A DNA stretch of 64,000 bases from an uncultured Synechococcaceae cyanobacterium (GCA_902572395.1 CACGFX010000003.1:8057-72056), one strand, 5' to 3'; shown: positions 9,375 through 20,362, numbered from the stretch's first letter. Made by a program: numbers and translations. The notes: generated from the letters alone by a model not told the origin.

Positions 9375-9581
9375 ATGGCTAATTCAAACGTTACTACTGA
9401 ATCAGGCGGCAGACAGAATATGTTTCCTACTGAGACACGTCCTTACATAGATGAGTCTGTTTCTTACGACAGCTACCCACAAAACGCAGAAAAAGTTAAC
9501 GGTCGTTGGGCAATGATTGGGCTTGTTGCGTTAGTAGGTGCTTACGTTTCAACCGGACAAATTATTCCTGGCATTTTTTAA
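9375..9581 (+). CDS. hli: high-light-inducible protein (68 aa)
   Basis: AEKVNGRWAMIG...TGQIIPGIF. Confidence 0.95.
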   Translation: MANSNVTTESGGRQNMFPTETRPYIDESVSYDSYPQNAEKVNGRWAMIGLVALVGAYVSTGQIIPGIF

Positions 9582-9841
9582 TGAGTCCACTTTCAGGTTT
9601 CTTAGCCGTAATTGTATTCTTTACAGCCATCCTCGTTGCTTATTTAACAAAGCAATTTCAAAACGAAAATTTAAACTATTCATCTTCTAATCAAATGAAA
9701 AACACAAACACAAAAGTCAAAACAATCGAAAAAGAAAAAGTTGTTGCTGAAACTCTTAACGGCAGATTCGCAATGCTTGGATTAATTGCTGCTGTTGGAG
9801 CATACCTAACAACAGGTCAAATAATTCCTGGTTTCGTTTAA
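9581..9841 (+). CDS. hli: high-light-inducible protein with extra N-terminal TM helix (86 aa)
   Basis: True start is the TAATG overlap at 9581 (MSPLSGFLAV...); AETLNGRFAMLG...TGQIIPGFV. Confidence 0.92.
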   Translation: MSPLSGFLAVIVFFTAILVAYLTKQFQNENLNYSSSNQMKNTNTKVKTIEKEKVVAETLNGRFAMLGLIAAVGAYLTTGQIIPGFV

Positions 9842-9876
9842 AAACCTACAATTTAACAATTCTACAAATCAGAAAA

Positions 9877-10005
9877 ATGGAAAATTCAAAAACAACTTAT
9901 TGGCAAAACGCCGAGAGAACTAATGGAAGAATGGCAATGATGGGCTTATTTGCATTAGTTGTAAATTATGGCTTATTCGGATGGATAATTCCAGGAATTT
10001 TTTAA
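9877..10005 (+). CDS. hli: high-light-inducible protein (42 aa)
   Basis: Manual ORF MENSKTTYWQNAERTNGRMAMMGLFALVVNYGLFGWIIPGIF. Confidence 0.9.
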   Translation: MENSKTTYWQNAERTNGRMAMMGLFALVVNYGLFGWIIPGIF

Positions 10006-10208
10006 AATGAATTTAGGCTTACTTTTTCTTAAAGTAAATACTTTAGGAGTTATAACTCTTTCTGAACTTGATTGGATAACTAACCATCAATCTGAATTTT
10101 CAAGGTTAGATATGGCTTTAGTTATAAAGATCGGCCGTCTTATGGATTCTGGAGTGGTAGAAATTGATAATAGATTGCCTGTTTAATTTTTAAAAAATGA
10201 TCGTCATG

Positions 10209-10245
10209 AGTGTTTGTCAATAGGGATGCTGACGAACACTTTTTT
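10209..10245 (+). terminator. intrinsic terminator
   Basis: AGTGTTTGTCA...TGACGAACACT stem followed by a T-run. Confidence 0.65.
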
Positions 10246-10263
10246 ATGAGAAAAAATATTTGT

Positions 10264-10303
10264 AAAAAAAAAGAGATTGTTTCTTAGCTAAAAACAATCT
10301 CTC
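10264..10303 (-). terminator. intrinsic terminator for minus-strand small ORFs
   Basis: AGAGATTGTTT...AAACAATCTCT perfect stem preceded by an A-run. Confidence 0.7.
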
Positions 10304-10395
10304 AATTACCTAATTCTTACATGAAAATTTCAAGTAAGCTTTCAGCTCTTAACTGATTTGTTTTTATAGTAAATCCGTAAAAATGCTTTTGTAAT

Positions 10396-10611
10396 TTATC
10401 TTTTTAAACCACCTCTTTTTATCCAAAGGAACCATGTAACCCAAATAGGAGGGAGGAATCTTATTAAAAAAGAAATTTTATACATATAAAATGGGGCATT
10501 TTCACTTTGAAATAAATTCATCAAAAAGGAAGATATAGTTACCCAAAGTAAAATTATTAATATATTTGCTCCCAACAAAGCGAACTTATTTTGTTTGAAT
10601 ATTTTTGGCAT
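10396..10611 (-). CDS. small 2-TM membrane protein
   Basis: 71 aa hydrophobic ORF. Confidence 0.55.
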   Translation of the reverse strand: MPKIFKQNKFALLGANILIILLWVTISSFLMNLFQSENAPFYMYKISFLIRFLPPIWVTWFLWIKRGGLKR

Positions 10612-10669
10612 AAAATAAATTTTTTATATTCTTAATTTTAAATAACCTTGGGAAGTAAATTATACATTT

Positions 10670-10873
10670 TCAAAAAAACTTTAAATTTAAAATCCATATC
10701 CAAATAAAAAAAATACTAAATTTTAATCCCTCTCCAAATAATATTCCGAAAGTAATAGGAGGCGAAAATATTAAAAAAAGAATAGAGAATAAACTAAATA
10801 AAGCAAATGATCCTCTTAAAAATAATTCTTTCTTTTTGTTCTTCTTAGATTTTTTAAGGTATTCCACTCCCAT
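10670..10873 (-). CDS. small 2-TM membrane protein
   Basis: 67 aa; basic N-terminus then hydrophobic segments. Confidence 0.5.
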   Translation of the reverse strand: MGVEYLKKSKKNKKKELFLRGSFALFSLFSILFLIFSPPITFGILFGEGLKFSIFFIWIWILNLKFF

Positions 10874-10973
10874 TGAATAAGCCTGTAGAACTTTTCTGAT
10901 AATAAAAATAAATACTTCATTAATATTATTAATTTCTATCGGCTTTTCTTATTTATAAAATTAATTTCACCTG

Positions 10974-11264
10974 TTAGCAATAAACCTTATCCCCTTCTTC
11001 AGAAAGATAGTAAATTTTATTTTCTGAACTTACGAAGAAAGTTAATCCCTTATATTGTGATCTTTTAAATTTATCTAATCTAAGTTTGTGTAAATCCCAA
11101 TTATCAGTACTTATGTCAGGATTAAATTCTTGTTCTTTTAAGAAAGGTACATAAGTTGGACTAATTGTTGTTTTTTGGGCTAACCCTCTATTTCGTTTTG
11201 AATAAAAAAGTAATAAAAATAAAAGTACAAAAAAAAGAATTAATAATATATTTGTCATTGTCAA
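10974..11264 (-). CDS. membrane-anchored hypothetical protein
   Basis: N-terminal TM; C-terminal YY.SE.G.KVYC motif. Confidence 0.7.
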   Translation of the reverse strand: MTMTNILLILFFVLLFLLLFYSKRNRGLAQKTTISPTYVPFLKEQEFNPDISTDNWDLHKLRLDKFKRSQYKGLTFFVSSENKIYYLSEEGDKVYC

Positions 11265-11402
11265 TTTTTCTAATTTGAAAAAACTTTATTTAGAGAATCA
11301 AGAACTTTTCACAATAAATTTCTTTAGTAAGTAAAAAATCCTATTTTTATATTCTTGTATTTTTGAATACTTATCAAGGGGTTACCTAAATCAGATTATA
11401 AA

Positions 11403-11564
11403 ATGAGTAGCATTTTCAACATGACTCAAAATTCCATGAACACTCCTTATGCAAAAAGAGTAGCTGAAAAATTTAGAGAGGCTCAAAACTATTTAAAAAC
11501 TAATGGTTTTAGTAGATCAACTAAACATTTACTGGAAGATATTGAAAATTCTGTTGAAAAATAA
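11403..11564 (+). CDS. small hypothetical protein
   Basis: Manual ORF MSSIFNMTQNSMNTPYAKRVAEKFREAQNYLKTNGFSRSTKHLLEDIENSVEK (start uncertain); TAATG coupling to next ORF. Confidence 0.5.
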   Translation: MSSIFNMTQNSMNTPYAKRVAEKFREAQNYLKTNGFSRSTKHLLEDIENSVEK

Positions 11565-11722
11565 TGACAATACCTCCTCACTTACCACAACTACAATATG
11601 GCTACGATGATGGCTTTACAACCATTGTTTTTGGGTTAATAGGAAGTTGCTTAGGATGTATCTTAATTTTATTAATTTCATTTTTTGAATTTAAATTCAA
11701 AAAGCAAAATAGTAAGCCTTAA
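11564..11722 (+). CDS. small single-TM protein (52 aa)
   Basis: Manual ORF MTIPPHLPQLQYGYDDGFTTIVFGLIGSCLGCILILLISFFEFKFKKQNSKP. Confidence 0.5.
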   Translation: MTIPPHLPQLQYGYDDGFTTIVFGLIGSCLGCILILLISFFEFKFKKQNSKP

Positions 11723-11730
11723 GAGACTTA

Positions 11731-12822
11731 CTAAACGTTAAATAAGAACTCCATTACATCACCTTCGTTAACAATATATTCCTTACCTTCACTTCTTAAA
11801 AGACCTTTAGTTTTTGCATTGGCAATTGAACCTGAATCAATTAAATTTTGATACGAAATAGTCTGAGCTCTTATAAATCCTTTTTCAAAATCAGTATGAA
11901 TTACTCCTGCTGCCTGTGGCGCGGTCATCCCATCTTTTATTGTCCAAGCTTTTGTCTCCTTTTCTCCGGTAGTGAAATAAGTTTTTAATCCCAATAATTT
12001 ATATGTTGATCTAATTAATGAACTTAATCCCCCTTCTTCTACTCCTAAGCCAATAAGGTAGTCTTTTTTATCTTCTGGTTCTAACTCTATTAATTCAGAT
12101 TCGACTTGCGCTGATATTTTTATACATTCTGTATTTTCATTGCTTGCAAAACTCTGAACTGTTGATGAAAAATCATTACCTTCAGCTAAATCATTTTCAT
12201 TCAAATTAGTTGCGTAAATAATTGGTTTAGCAGTAAGGAAGCCTAATTGCTTAATTATTAAATTTTCTTCTTCATTCAAAGATATTGATCTAACTGAAAG
12301 GCCTTTCTCTAGCTCTTCTTCAATTTTTTCTAGTAAGGTATCTTCTTTAGCTGCCTCTTTACTAGTTCTAACCTGTTTTTTAATTCTTTCTCTTCTTTTT
12401 TGGAGTTGAGATAAATCAGCTAAATTCAATTCCAGATTAATTATCTCAATGTCATCCAGGGGATCTACCTTTCCAGAAACATGAATTACATCACTATCTT
12501 CAAAGCACCTTACAACATGAACTATTGCATCAACCTCCCTAATATTTGATAAAAATTTATTTCCCAAACCTTCGCCTTTACTAGCTCCTTTTACTAGTCC
12601 TGCGATATCTACAAATTCAATTTTTGTTGGGATAATATTTTGGCTAGAACTTAAATTACCTAACTCTTGCAACCTTTGATCTGGGACTGAAACTATGCCT
12701 TTATTAGGTTCTATAGTACAAAAGGGAAAATTAGCCGCTTGGGCCTTAGCATTTTCTACAAGTGCATTAAATAGAGTTGATTTTCCAACATTTGGTAATC
12801 CTATAATACCTGCTTTTAACAT
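11731..12822 (-). CDS. ychF: ribosome-binding ATPase YchF
   Basis: GLPNVGKST, ANFPFCTIEPN, DIAGLVKGASKGEGLGNKFL; TGS-type C-terminus. Confidence 0.97.
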   Translation of the reverse strand: MLKAGIIGLPNVGKSTLFNALVENAKAQAANFPFCTIEPNKGIVSVPDQRLQELGNLSSSQNIIPTKIEFVDIAGLVKGASKGEGLGNKFLSNIREVDAIVHVVRCFEDSDVIHVSGKVDPLDDIEIINLELNLADLSQLQKRRERIKKQVRTSKEAAKEDTLLEKIEEELEKGLSVRSISLNEEENLIIKQLGFLTAKPIIYATNLNENDLAEGNDFSSTVQSFASNENTECIKISAQVESELIELEPEDKKDYLIGLGVEEGGLSSLIRSTYKLLGLKTYFTTGEKETKAWTIKDGMTAPQAAGVIHTDFEKGFIRAQTISYQNLIDSGSIANAKTKGLLRSEGKEYIVNEGDVMEFLFNV

Positions 12823-12965
12823 TTGAAAAAACTTATGGAAAAATTATCAAGAAACATCTTCTAGTAATATAGTATTTACTTAACCAATCTTGGATAAGTT
12901 AATTATAATCGTCTTGATTATTTATTTAGTTCCTAAATATTCTCTAATTCTGCTTTTAAAAAGAA

Positions 12966-14027
12966 ATGTTTGATTTAATAAAAAAAAATATAAATCTAAG
13001 AAGTGGAATTATATTGCTTACTCTAGCTATATTTTTCGTTTTTATAACCAATTCCTTCAAGAAAAATAAGTCAAAAGATATTTCTGATTTTGTAGTTCAA
13101 GTTGAAAAAGGAATCCTCTCAGATTCAATTAATACTAGTGGTGAAGTAAAAGCAATAAGGACAAGCAATATTGGGCCTCGGAAGCAAGGCGTAATAAAAG
13201 AAATCAAAGTAGATGAGGGCGATCTTGTAAAAAAAGATCAGGTTTTAGCTTCTCTTGATGATGAAGATTTTATCTATAAAATTGAAGAACTTGAATTAAA
13301 TGTAGAAAAACAAAAATCTGAATTTTTAAGAAGGGAATATTTATATCAAGAAGGCGCAGTAAGTAAAGAAGACTATGAAAGTTATAAAAATAACTACAAC
13401 ATTAGTAGCGCAAAACTTAATGATGCAAAAGCTGAAAAAAGTTTCTATCTAATTAAAGCTCCTTATGGAGGAAAGATAACTGCAAAATATGCTGAGATAG
13501 GATCTTATGTCACACCAAGTACAAACTTAAGTTCAGACCCTAAAACCAAAAACTTCATTTTTGAACTATCAGAGGGCCTAGAAATTGTTGCTAAAGTTCC
13601 TGAGAGTGACATTGGCAGAATAAAAATAGGTCAAGAAGCCTCAGTAAGAATTGAGGCTTATCCCTCAAAAAAATATAGTGCCATAGTTAAAAAAATAGCT
13701 ACAAGAGCTGTAAAAGATAATAATGTAACCTCATTCGAAGTAACTTTAAATTTTAAAGGTATTTCTGAAGAAATTAAAATTGGAATGACTGCAGATCTTG
13801 AATTTAGAGTCGAAGGTAATGAAGAAAAAATCTTAGTACCAACAGTTTCTATTGTCACTGAAAAAGGTGAAAAAGGAATTTTGAAAGTTGATAAAAATAA
13901 TTCTCCCAAATTTGAAAAAATCGAAATTGGTATTAGTAGTGGAAATAAAACTTCAGTAATTGATGGATTAGAGCCTGGAGAGCAAATCTTTATTGATATT
14001 CCACCTTGGGCTAAGAAGAGAAAATGA
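12966..14027 (+). CDS. efflux periplasmic adaptor (MFP/HlyD family)
   Basis: N-terminal TM; lipoyl-like G.IKEIKVDEGDLVKK and IKAPYGG; beta-barrel domain. Confidence 0.88.
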   Translation: MFDLIKKNINLRSGIILLTLAIFFVFITNSFKKNKSKDISDFVVQVEKGILSDSINTSGEVKAIRTSNIGPRKQGVIKEIKVDEGDLVKKDQVLASLDDEDFIYKIEELELNVEKQKSEFLRREYLYQEGAVSKEDYESYKNNYNISSAKLNDAKAEKSFYLIKAPYGGKITAKYAEIGSYVTPSTNLSSDPKTKNFIFELSEGLEIVAKVPESDIGRIKIGQEASVRIEAYPSKKYSAIVKKIATRAVKDNNVTSFEVTLNFKGISEEIKIGMTADLEFRVEGNEEKILVPTVSIVTEKGEKGILKVDKNNSPKFEKIEIGISSGNKTSVIDGLEPGEQIFIDIPPWAKKRK

Positions 14028-16954
14028 GTTTAAAATCTGAAAACTCTAAAAAACCAATTTTACTTTTAGTCGATGGCCACTCACTTGCTTTTAGAAGCTT
14101 CTATGCATTTAGCAAAGGGATTGATGGAGGTTTAACTACCAAAGAGGGATTTCCAACAAGTGTCACTTATGGATTTCTAAAAAGCCTTCTGGATAATTGT
14201 AAAAATATTAGTCCTGAGGGTGTTTGTATTACGTTTGATACCGAAAAACCTACTTTCAGACATGAATTAGATCCAAATTATAAGGCCAATAGAGATGTAG
14301 CACCAGATGTTTTTTTTCAGGATATTGAACAACTAGAAATCATTTTAGAAGAAAGCCTTAATTTACCAATTTTTAAATCTCCAGGATACGAAGCAGATGA
14401 TCTCCTAGGCACAATTGCAAATGATGCTTCTTCTAAAGGATGGTGCGTGAATATTCTTTCTGGAGATAGGGACTTATTTCAATTAGTAGATGATCAAAAA
14501 GATATTTATGTACTTTATATGGGTGGTGGTCCATATGCGAAAAGTGGAAATCCAACTCTTATGAATGAAAATGGAGTAAAAGAAAAATTAGGTGTTGCGC
14601 CAGAAAGAGTAGTTGATCTCAAAGCCCTAACTGGTGATAGTTCTGATAATATTCCAGGTATTAAAGGAGTAGGGCCAAAAACTGCAATTAATCTACTAAA
14701 AGAGAACGATACGCTTGATGGAATCTATCAGGCTTTGGACAAGATTCAGCAGAACAACGATAAGAAATATAAAGGATTCATCAAAGGTTCAGTTATAGAA
14801 AAGCTCAGAAACGATAAACATAATGCTTTTCTTTCCAGGGATTTAGCAAAAATAAATACTGAGGTGCCTTTAATTTTAAGTAACGGTTATGAATTAAAAA
14901 ATATAAATCAAGAACTACTTTCAGAGTCACTGAAAAAATTAGAACTATCAACACTACTTAGACAAATTGATATTTTCAATTCAACTTTCAGCAAAGGTGG
15001 TTTTGACAAAAATAATGTAGCTAAAGAGGAGGAGAAGGCACCAAAAGTCGCAGGCAATAATGAATTAGAAAATAGTGAAAATAAAATCCCTAAAATCAAC
15101 GTAATTGTTGTAAATGATTTCGAATTACTTGATAAATTAATTCAAAGATTAGACAAGAATAATCAAATAGTTTCTTTAGATACAGAGACCAATAGTTTGA
15201 ATCCAATCGATGCGGAACTTGTTGGGATAGGGTTATGTCTTGGAGAAGAAAATGATGATTTATTTTATATACCCCTTGGTCATCAAACAAAAAAGGAGAC
15301 CCCCAATCAATTATCAATTGAAGATGTTTTCTCAAAGCTAAGAAATTGGATAGAAGATCCAAACAAAGAAAAGGCACTCCAAAATTCTAAATTTGATAGG
15401 CAAATATTTTTTAATCATGGACTTGATCTTAAAGGCGTAACCTTTGACACCTTGTTAGCAGACTATCTTCTTAATAATCAGGAGAAACATGGGTTAAGTG
15501 AAATTAGTTTTAGATTATTTGGATTTAAGCCTCCTTCATTTAAGGAGACAGTTGGAAAAAATAAAGACTTTTCATTTGTTGATATTGATGAAGCAAGTAT
15601 TTACTGCGGTTATGATGTTTTTCTAACTTTTAAGATTGTCAAAATTTTTAAAGAAAGTTTTTCAAAGGAAAAAGATGAATTAATCAAATTGTTCGAAGAA
15701 ATCGAGCTACCTTTAGAGCAGGTATTGTCCCAAATGGAGATGAATGGCATTACCATCGACATCCCTTATTTGGATAAACTCTCAAAAGAATTAAAAAGTA
15801 CCTTAGAAGATATTGAAAGTAAAGTTTATGAGTTAGCAGAGGAAAGTTTCAATCTATCTTCACCAAAACAACTTGGTGAGATTTTGTTTGAAAAATTAAA
15901 TTTGGATAAGAAAAAATCACGTAAAACAAAAACAGGATGGAGTACAGATGCAGTAGTTCTGGAAAGATTAGTCGACGAACATGAAATAATCCAACATTTA
16001 ATAAAACATAGAACTCTTAGCAAATTACTTAGCACGTATATTGATGCTCTTCCAAATCTTATTAACGAAAAGACAGGAAGAGTTCATACAAACTTTAATC
16101 AAGCTGCTACAGCGACTGGGAGGCTAAGTAGTAGCAATCCTAATCTTCAAAATATCCCGGTTAGGACTGAATTTAGTAGGAGAATCAGAAAAGCATTCTT
16201 GCCTGAAAAAAATTGGAAACTTTTATCAGCTGATTATTCTCAGATCGAATTAAGAATACTCGCTCACTTAGCGGATGAAGAAATACTAATAAATGCATTT
16301 CATAAAAATGATGACATTCATTCTTTGACTGCAAGATTAATTTTTGAGAAAGAAGAAATTTCTTCTGATGAGAGGAGAGTTGGGAAAACAATAAATTTCG
16401 GAGTTATCTATGGTATGGGCATAAAAAAGTTTGCCCGTTCAACAGGAGTAAGTACTCCAGAAGCAAAAGAATTCCTAATAAAATACAAAGAAAGATATTC
16501 AAAAATTTTCAAATTCCTTGAACTTCAAGAAAGGCTTGCCTTATCAAAAGGTTATGTAAAAACAATTTTTGGTCGAAAAAGAGAATTCAAGTTTGATAAA
16601 AATGGACTTGGAAGACTAAAAGGAAAAGATCCTTACGAAATTGACTTGCAATCCGCAAGAAGAGCTGGCATGGAAGCACAGTCACTAAGAGCTGCAGCCA
16701 ATGCCCCAATTCAGGGTTCAAGTGCAGATATTATTAAAATTGCAATGGTTCAATTAAATAAAAAATTCATAGAAATGAATATTCCAGCAAAAATGCTTTT
16801 ACAAGTACATGATGAATTATTGTTTGAAGTTGAACCAGATTCTTTGGAAATTACGACGAAATTAGTAAAGAAGACTATGGAAGATTGTGTAAAATTAAAT
16901 GTGCCTCTTTTAGTTGATATTGGAATTGGAGACAATTGGATGGAGACAAAATAA
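14024..16954 (+). CDS. polA: DNA polymerase I
   Basis: 5'-3' exonuclease (LLVDGHSLAFR, GDSSDNIPG), 3'-5' exonuclease DTET, polymerase ADYSQIELR and LQVHDEL. Confidence 0.98.
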   Translation: MSLKSENSKKPILLLVDGHSLAFRSFYAFSKGIDGGLTTKEGFPTSVTYGFLKSLLDNCKNISPEGVCITFDTEKPTFRHELDPNYKANRDVAPDVFFQDIEQLEIILEESLNLPIFKSPGYEADDLLGTIANDASSKGWCVNILSGDRDLFQLVDDQKDIYVLYMGGGPYAKSGNPTLMNENGVKEKLGVAPERVVDLKALTGDSSDNIPGIKGVGPKTAINLLKENDTLDGIYQALDKIQQNNDKKYKGFIKGSVIEKLRNDKHNAFLSRDLAKINTEVPLILSNGYELKNINQELLSESLKKLELSTLLRQIDIFNSTFSKGGFDKNNVAKEEEKAPKVAGNNELENSENKIPKINVIVVNDFELLDKLIQRLDKNNQIVSLDTETNSLNPIDAELVGIGLCLGEENDDLFYIPLGHQTKKETPNQLSIEDVFSKLRNWIEDPNKEKALQNSKFDRQIFFNHGLDLKGVTFDTLLADYLLNNQEKHGLSEISFRLFGFKPPSFKETVGKNKDFSFVDIDEASIYCGYDVFLTFKIVKIFKESFSKEKDELIKLFEEIELPLEQVLSQMEMNGITIDIPYLDKLSKELKSTLEDIESKVYELAEESFNLSSPKQLGEILFEKLNLDKKKSRKTKTGWSTDAVVLERLVDEHEIIQHLIKHRTLSKLLSTYIDALPNLINEKTGRVHTNFNQAATATGRLSSSNPNLQNIPVRTEFSRRIRKAFLPEKNWKLLSADYSQIELRILAHLADEEILINAFHKNDDIHSLTARLIFEKEEISSDERRVGKTINFGVIYGMGIKKFARSTGVSTPEAKEFLIKYKERYSKIFKFLELQERLALSKGYVKTIFGRKREFKFDKNGLGRLKGKDPYEIDLQSARRAGMEAQSLRAAANAPIQGSSADIIKIAMVQLNKKFIEMNIPAKMLLQVHDELLFEVEPDSLEITTKLVKKTMEDCVKLNVPLLVDIGIGDNWMETK

Positions 16955-16978
16955 ACCTTATGAAATACTTAGTTTAAG

Positions 16979-18448
16979 ATGATCAAACTTTTTAATACTT
17001 TAAGCAAAAAAGTAGAGGTTTTTAAACCTATTGATGATGTAGTAAAAATTTATTGTTGTGGGGTAACTGTTTATGATTTATGTCATCTTGGTCATGCCAG
17101 AAGTTATATCGCTTGGGATGTATTGAGAAGATTTTTAATTTACAGTGATTTCAAAGTGAAGTATGTTCAAAATTTTACAGATATTGATGACAAGATCTTA
17201 AAAAGAGCGAAAGAAGAAAGCAGTTCAATGAAGGAAGTATCTGAAAAAAATATCATTGAATTTCATAAAGATATGGATTCTTTAGGGATAATGCGTCCGG
17301 ATAGCATGCCAAGAGCAACGAATCATATATGCAATATCTGCTCCTTCATAACAATCCTTGAGGACAAAGGTTATGCATACTCTAGGGATGGAGATGTTTA
17401 TTATTCTGTTTTCAAAAATAAAAATTATGGAAAGCTAAGTAATCAAAATTTACAAGAACAAAATATCAATCAGCAAGGAAGGATGGTTAATGAAGAAAAT
17501 AGTAAAAAACTTAATCCGCAAGATTTTGCGCTATGGAAAAAAGCCAAAGATGATGAACCTTTTTTTAATTCGCCATGGGGAAAAGGTAGGCCGGGATGGC
17601 ATATTGAATGTTCAGCGATGGTTAAAGATGAATTAGGAGATACTATTGATATCCATTTAGGTGGTTCTGATTTGATTTTTCCACATCATGAGAATGAAAT
17701 CGCCCAATCAGAAGCAGCCAATGGCAAAAAGCTAGCGAACTATTGGTTACACAATGGGATGGTCAATGTAAATGGACAAAAGATGAGTAAATCCCTTAAA
17801 AATTTTAAAACTATCAGAGAACTAATTAAGTCAGGTATAAGCCCTATGACTTTGCGATATTTTGTTATGACTGTGAATTATAGAAAACCACTTGATTTTA
17901 CTGAAGAAGCTTTAAGGAGTGCTTCAGAAGCTTGGAAAAACATTAATGTAGCCCTTTCTTTTTTGGACCTTACAAAAGATGCTTTTAAATCTATTGATAA
18001 GAATGAATCTATCGAAGACGAATATAAAGAGAAAATAAGCTTTGAATTATCTCAAAAAAAGCTTAAATTTTCCGAGGCTCTTGGAAATGACCTAAATACA
18101 GCAGGTGCTATTGCAATTATTTACGATTTAGCAAAACCATTAAAAAACTTTTTAAACCAATTTCAAAGGGTCGAAGGTTTTAAAATAGACCTAAATGAAA
18201 AATTCTTTCTACTTGAGAATTTTAAAACTCTTGAAAAGTTAGCTGAGGTACTTGGTCTTAAAAAAGAGGTTTTAGTAAAAGAAAGTAAAATAAAAGAAGA
18301 AGAAATATCAATGCTTATTAATGAAAGATTGAAAGCAAAAAAAGAAAAGAATTATACAAAGGCAGATGAAATTAGGAATTTGTTAAAAGAAAAAGGTATT
18401 GAACTTATTGATCAATCAAAGGAAATAACAACATGGATAAGGGTCTAA
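16979..18448 (+). CDS. cysS: cysteine--tRNA ligase
   Basis: CGVTVYD..HLGH, GRPGWHIECS, FPHHENE, KMSKS. Confidence 0.98.
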   Translation: MIKLFNTLSKKVEVFKPIDDVVKIYCCGVTVYDLCHLGHARSYIAWDVLRRFLIYSDFKVKYVQNFTDIDDKILKRAKEESSSMKEVSEKNIIEFHKDMDSLGIMRPDSMPRATNHICNICSFITILEDKGYAYSRDGDVYYSVFKNKNYGKLSNQNLQEQNINQQGRMVNEENSKKLNPQDFALWKKAKDDEPFFNSPWGKGRPGWHIECSAMVKDELGDTIDIHLGGSDLIFPHHENEIAQSEAANGKKLANYWLHNGMVNVNGQKMSKSLKNFKTIRELIKSGISPMTLRYFVMTVNYRKPLDFTEEALRSASEAWKNINVALSFLDLTKDAFKSIDKNESIEDEYKEKISFELSQKKLKFSEALGNDLNTAGAIAIIYDLAKPLKNFLNQFQRVEGFKIDLNEKFFLLENFKTLEKLAEVLGLKKEVLVKESKIKEEEISMLINERLKAKKEKNYTKADEIRNLLKEKGIELIDQSKEITTWIRV

Positions 18449-18530
18449 ATTTTAAGAAAAAAACCAATTTGAAATTTTTGTTTTTTAAATACACCTTTAA
18501 ATGGGAAGATATTAGAAATATCAGAGAAAA

Positions 18531-19760
18531 TTGAAATACATTACTGTGCTCGGTTCTACTGGTTCAATTGGGACTCAAACTCTCGAAATAGCTAGTGAGC
18601 AGCCTGATAAGTTTAAAGCCGTAGCTCTTTCGGCAGGAAGAAATATTAATTTATTAACCGAACAAGTTAAGACACATAAACCAGAAGTAGTTGCGATTGA
18701 GGATGAAAATCTTATAGAAGATTTAAAAGATAATATTAATAACTTAGATTTAGATATTGCTCCATTGGTTTTGAGTGGAAAGGAGGGGATTAACGCAGTT
18801 GCAGCATGGGACAAGGCAGATACTGTGGTTACAGGGATAGTAGGCTGTGCAGGCTTAATTCCAACAATGTCAGCAATTAATGCGGGGAAAAATATTGCAC
18901 TTGCTAACAAAGAAACTTTAATTGCGGCAGGTCCAATTGTTATTCCTGCATTAAAGAAAAATAATAGTAGGCTTTTACCTGCTGATTCAGAACACTCTGC
19001 AATCTTTCAATGTTTACAAGGATTACCCAATTATGAAAATGCAGATTTTTCAACAGGTGAGATACCTAAAGGTTTAAAAGCCATACATTTAACAGCTTCT
19101 GGTGGTGCTTTCAGAGATTGGGCCGTCGAGGATTTAAAGCATGTCACAGTGGAAGATGCTACTTCGCATCCTAATTGGGATATGGGAAAAAAAATAACTG
19201 TAGATTCTGCAACTCTTATGAATAAAGGATTAGAAGTTATAGAAGCTCATTATTTATTTGGGACCTCTTACGAAAATATCGAAATAGTTATCCACCCTCA
19301 AAGTATTATTCATTCAATGATTGAGATGGATGATTCTTCAGTATTAGCTCAATTAGGTTGGCCAGATATGAAACTACCCATTTTATATGCGATGAGTTGG
19401 CCTGAGAGATTTAAAACAAATTGGAAAAGATTAAACCTAAGTGAAATTGGAAAATTAACTTTTAAAGAGCCAGACGAGTTTAAATATCCATGCATGGGAC
19501 TTGCCTATGCCGCAGGAAAATCTTCTGGGACTATGCCCGCAGTTTTAAATGCTGCTAATGAAATGGCTGTTGAACAATTCCTTAAAGAAAAAATTTCTTT
19601 TCAAGAAATTCCAACATTTATAAGTAAAGCTTGTGAATCGCATATGGAGAATTTGAATTTGAGTCCCGAATTGGATGATATTCTTGAAGTAGACAATTGG
19701 GCCAGACTTTTTGTTAAGCAAGAAATTAAAAAAGGGAAAAAATACGTAAGTATTGGATAA
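18531..19760 (+). CDS. dxr: 1-deoxy-D-xylulose-5-phosphate reductoisomerase
   Basis: [41 protein letters not shown]. Confidence 0.98.
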   Translation: MKYITVLGSTGSIGTQTLEIASEQPDKFKAVALSAGRNINLLTEQVKTHKPEVVAIEDENLIEDLKDNINNLDLDIAPLVLSGKEGINAVAAWDKADTVVTGIVGCAGLIPTMSAINAGKNIALANKETLIAAGPIVIPALKKNNSRLLPADSEHSAIFQCLQGLPNYENADFSTGEIPKGLKAIHLTASGGAFRDWAVEDLKHVTVEDATSHPNWDMGKKITVDSATLMNKGLEVIEAHYLFGTSYENIEIVIHPQSIIHSMIEMDDSSVLAQLGWPDMKLPILYAMSWPERFKTNWKRLNLSEIGKLTFKEPDEFKYPCMGLAYAAGKSSGTMPAVLNAANEMAVEQFLKEKISFQEIPTFISKACESHMENLNLSPELDDILEVDNWARLFVKQEIKKGKKYVSIG

Positions 19761-20098
19761 AAGTGAATTTTAAAAAGCATCTGATACACTAGACCCACTT
19801 TAAACCTTTTAAACAATTCCTAAGAACCTATTTATTACAATATTTTTTAAGCAAAAGACAATATAAAAGTACCAACACCATCTATAGACTTCTCAACAGA
19901 GATTTACAAGGTGACTATATATACATAATTTAAGTAAATATATTTTGATCAGTCAAAAGCAAATCCGAATAAGCTTTTTCATACTTCCATGATCTTTTAA
20001 TTATTAGCTTCAACTTTAAAACTTAATTACTTAGTGTTACGTATCTGTACCAGAATTGATTTAAAAGTGCCGAATTACACATATTTTTACTCTTTTTC

Positions 20099-20137
20099 TT
20101 TACATTAGTTAATAAGAATGTTACGTTTATTAATAAT
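20099..20137 (+). promoter_or_regulatory. HLR1-like repeats upstream of second hli pair
   Basis: TTTACATTAGTTAATAAGAATGTTACGTT aligns with 9324-9352. Confidence 0.6.
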
Positions 20138-20152
20138 TAAATTATTTAACCA

Positions 20153-20362
20153 ATGACTAATTCTTCATACGTAACTACAGAATCAGGTGGAAGGCAAAAT
20201 ATTTTTCCAACTGAACCTCGTCCTTATGTTGATCAATCTGTTTCTTACGATGGATATCCTCAAAATGCAGAAAAAGTTAATGGTCGTTGGGCAATGATCG
20301 GTTTAGTGGCACTTTTGGGAGCTTATGTAACTACAGGCCAAATAATTCCAGGTATTTTTTAA
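20153..20362 (+). CDS. hli: high-light-inducible protein (69 aa)
   Basis: AEKVNGRWAMIG...TGQIIPGIF; near copy of 9375..9581. Confidence 0.95.
   Translation: MTNSSYVTTESGGRQNIFPTEPRPYVDQSVSYDGYPQNAEKVNGRWAMIGLVALLGAYVTTGQIIPGIF

Noticed and set aside
9506-9580. 111-aa extended hli ORFs (also 20287..20622)
   Set aside because: The extension overlaps the upstream hli out of frame; the real starts are the TAATG overlaps at 9581 and 20362.
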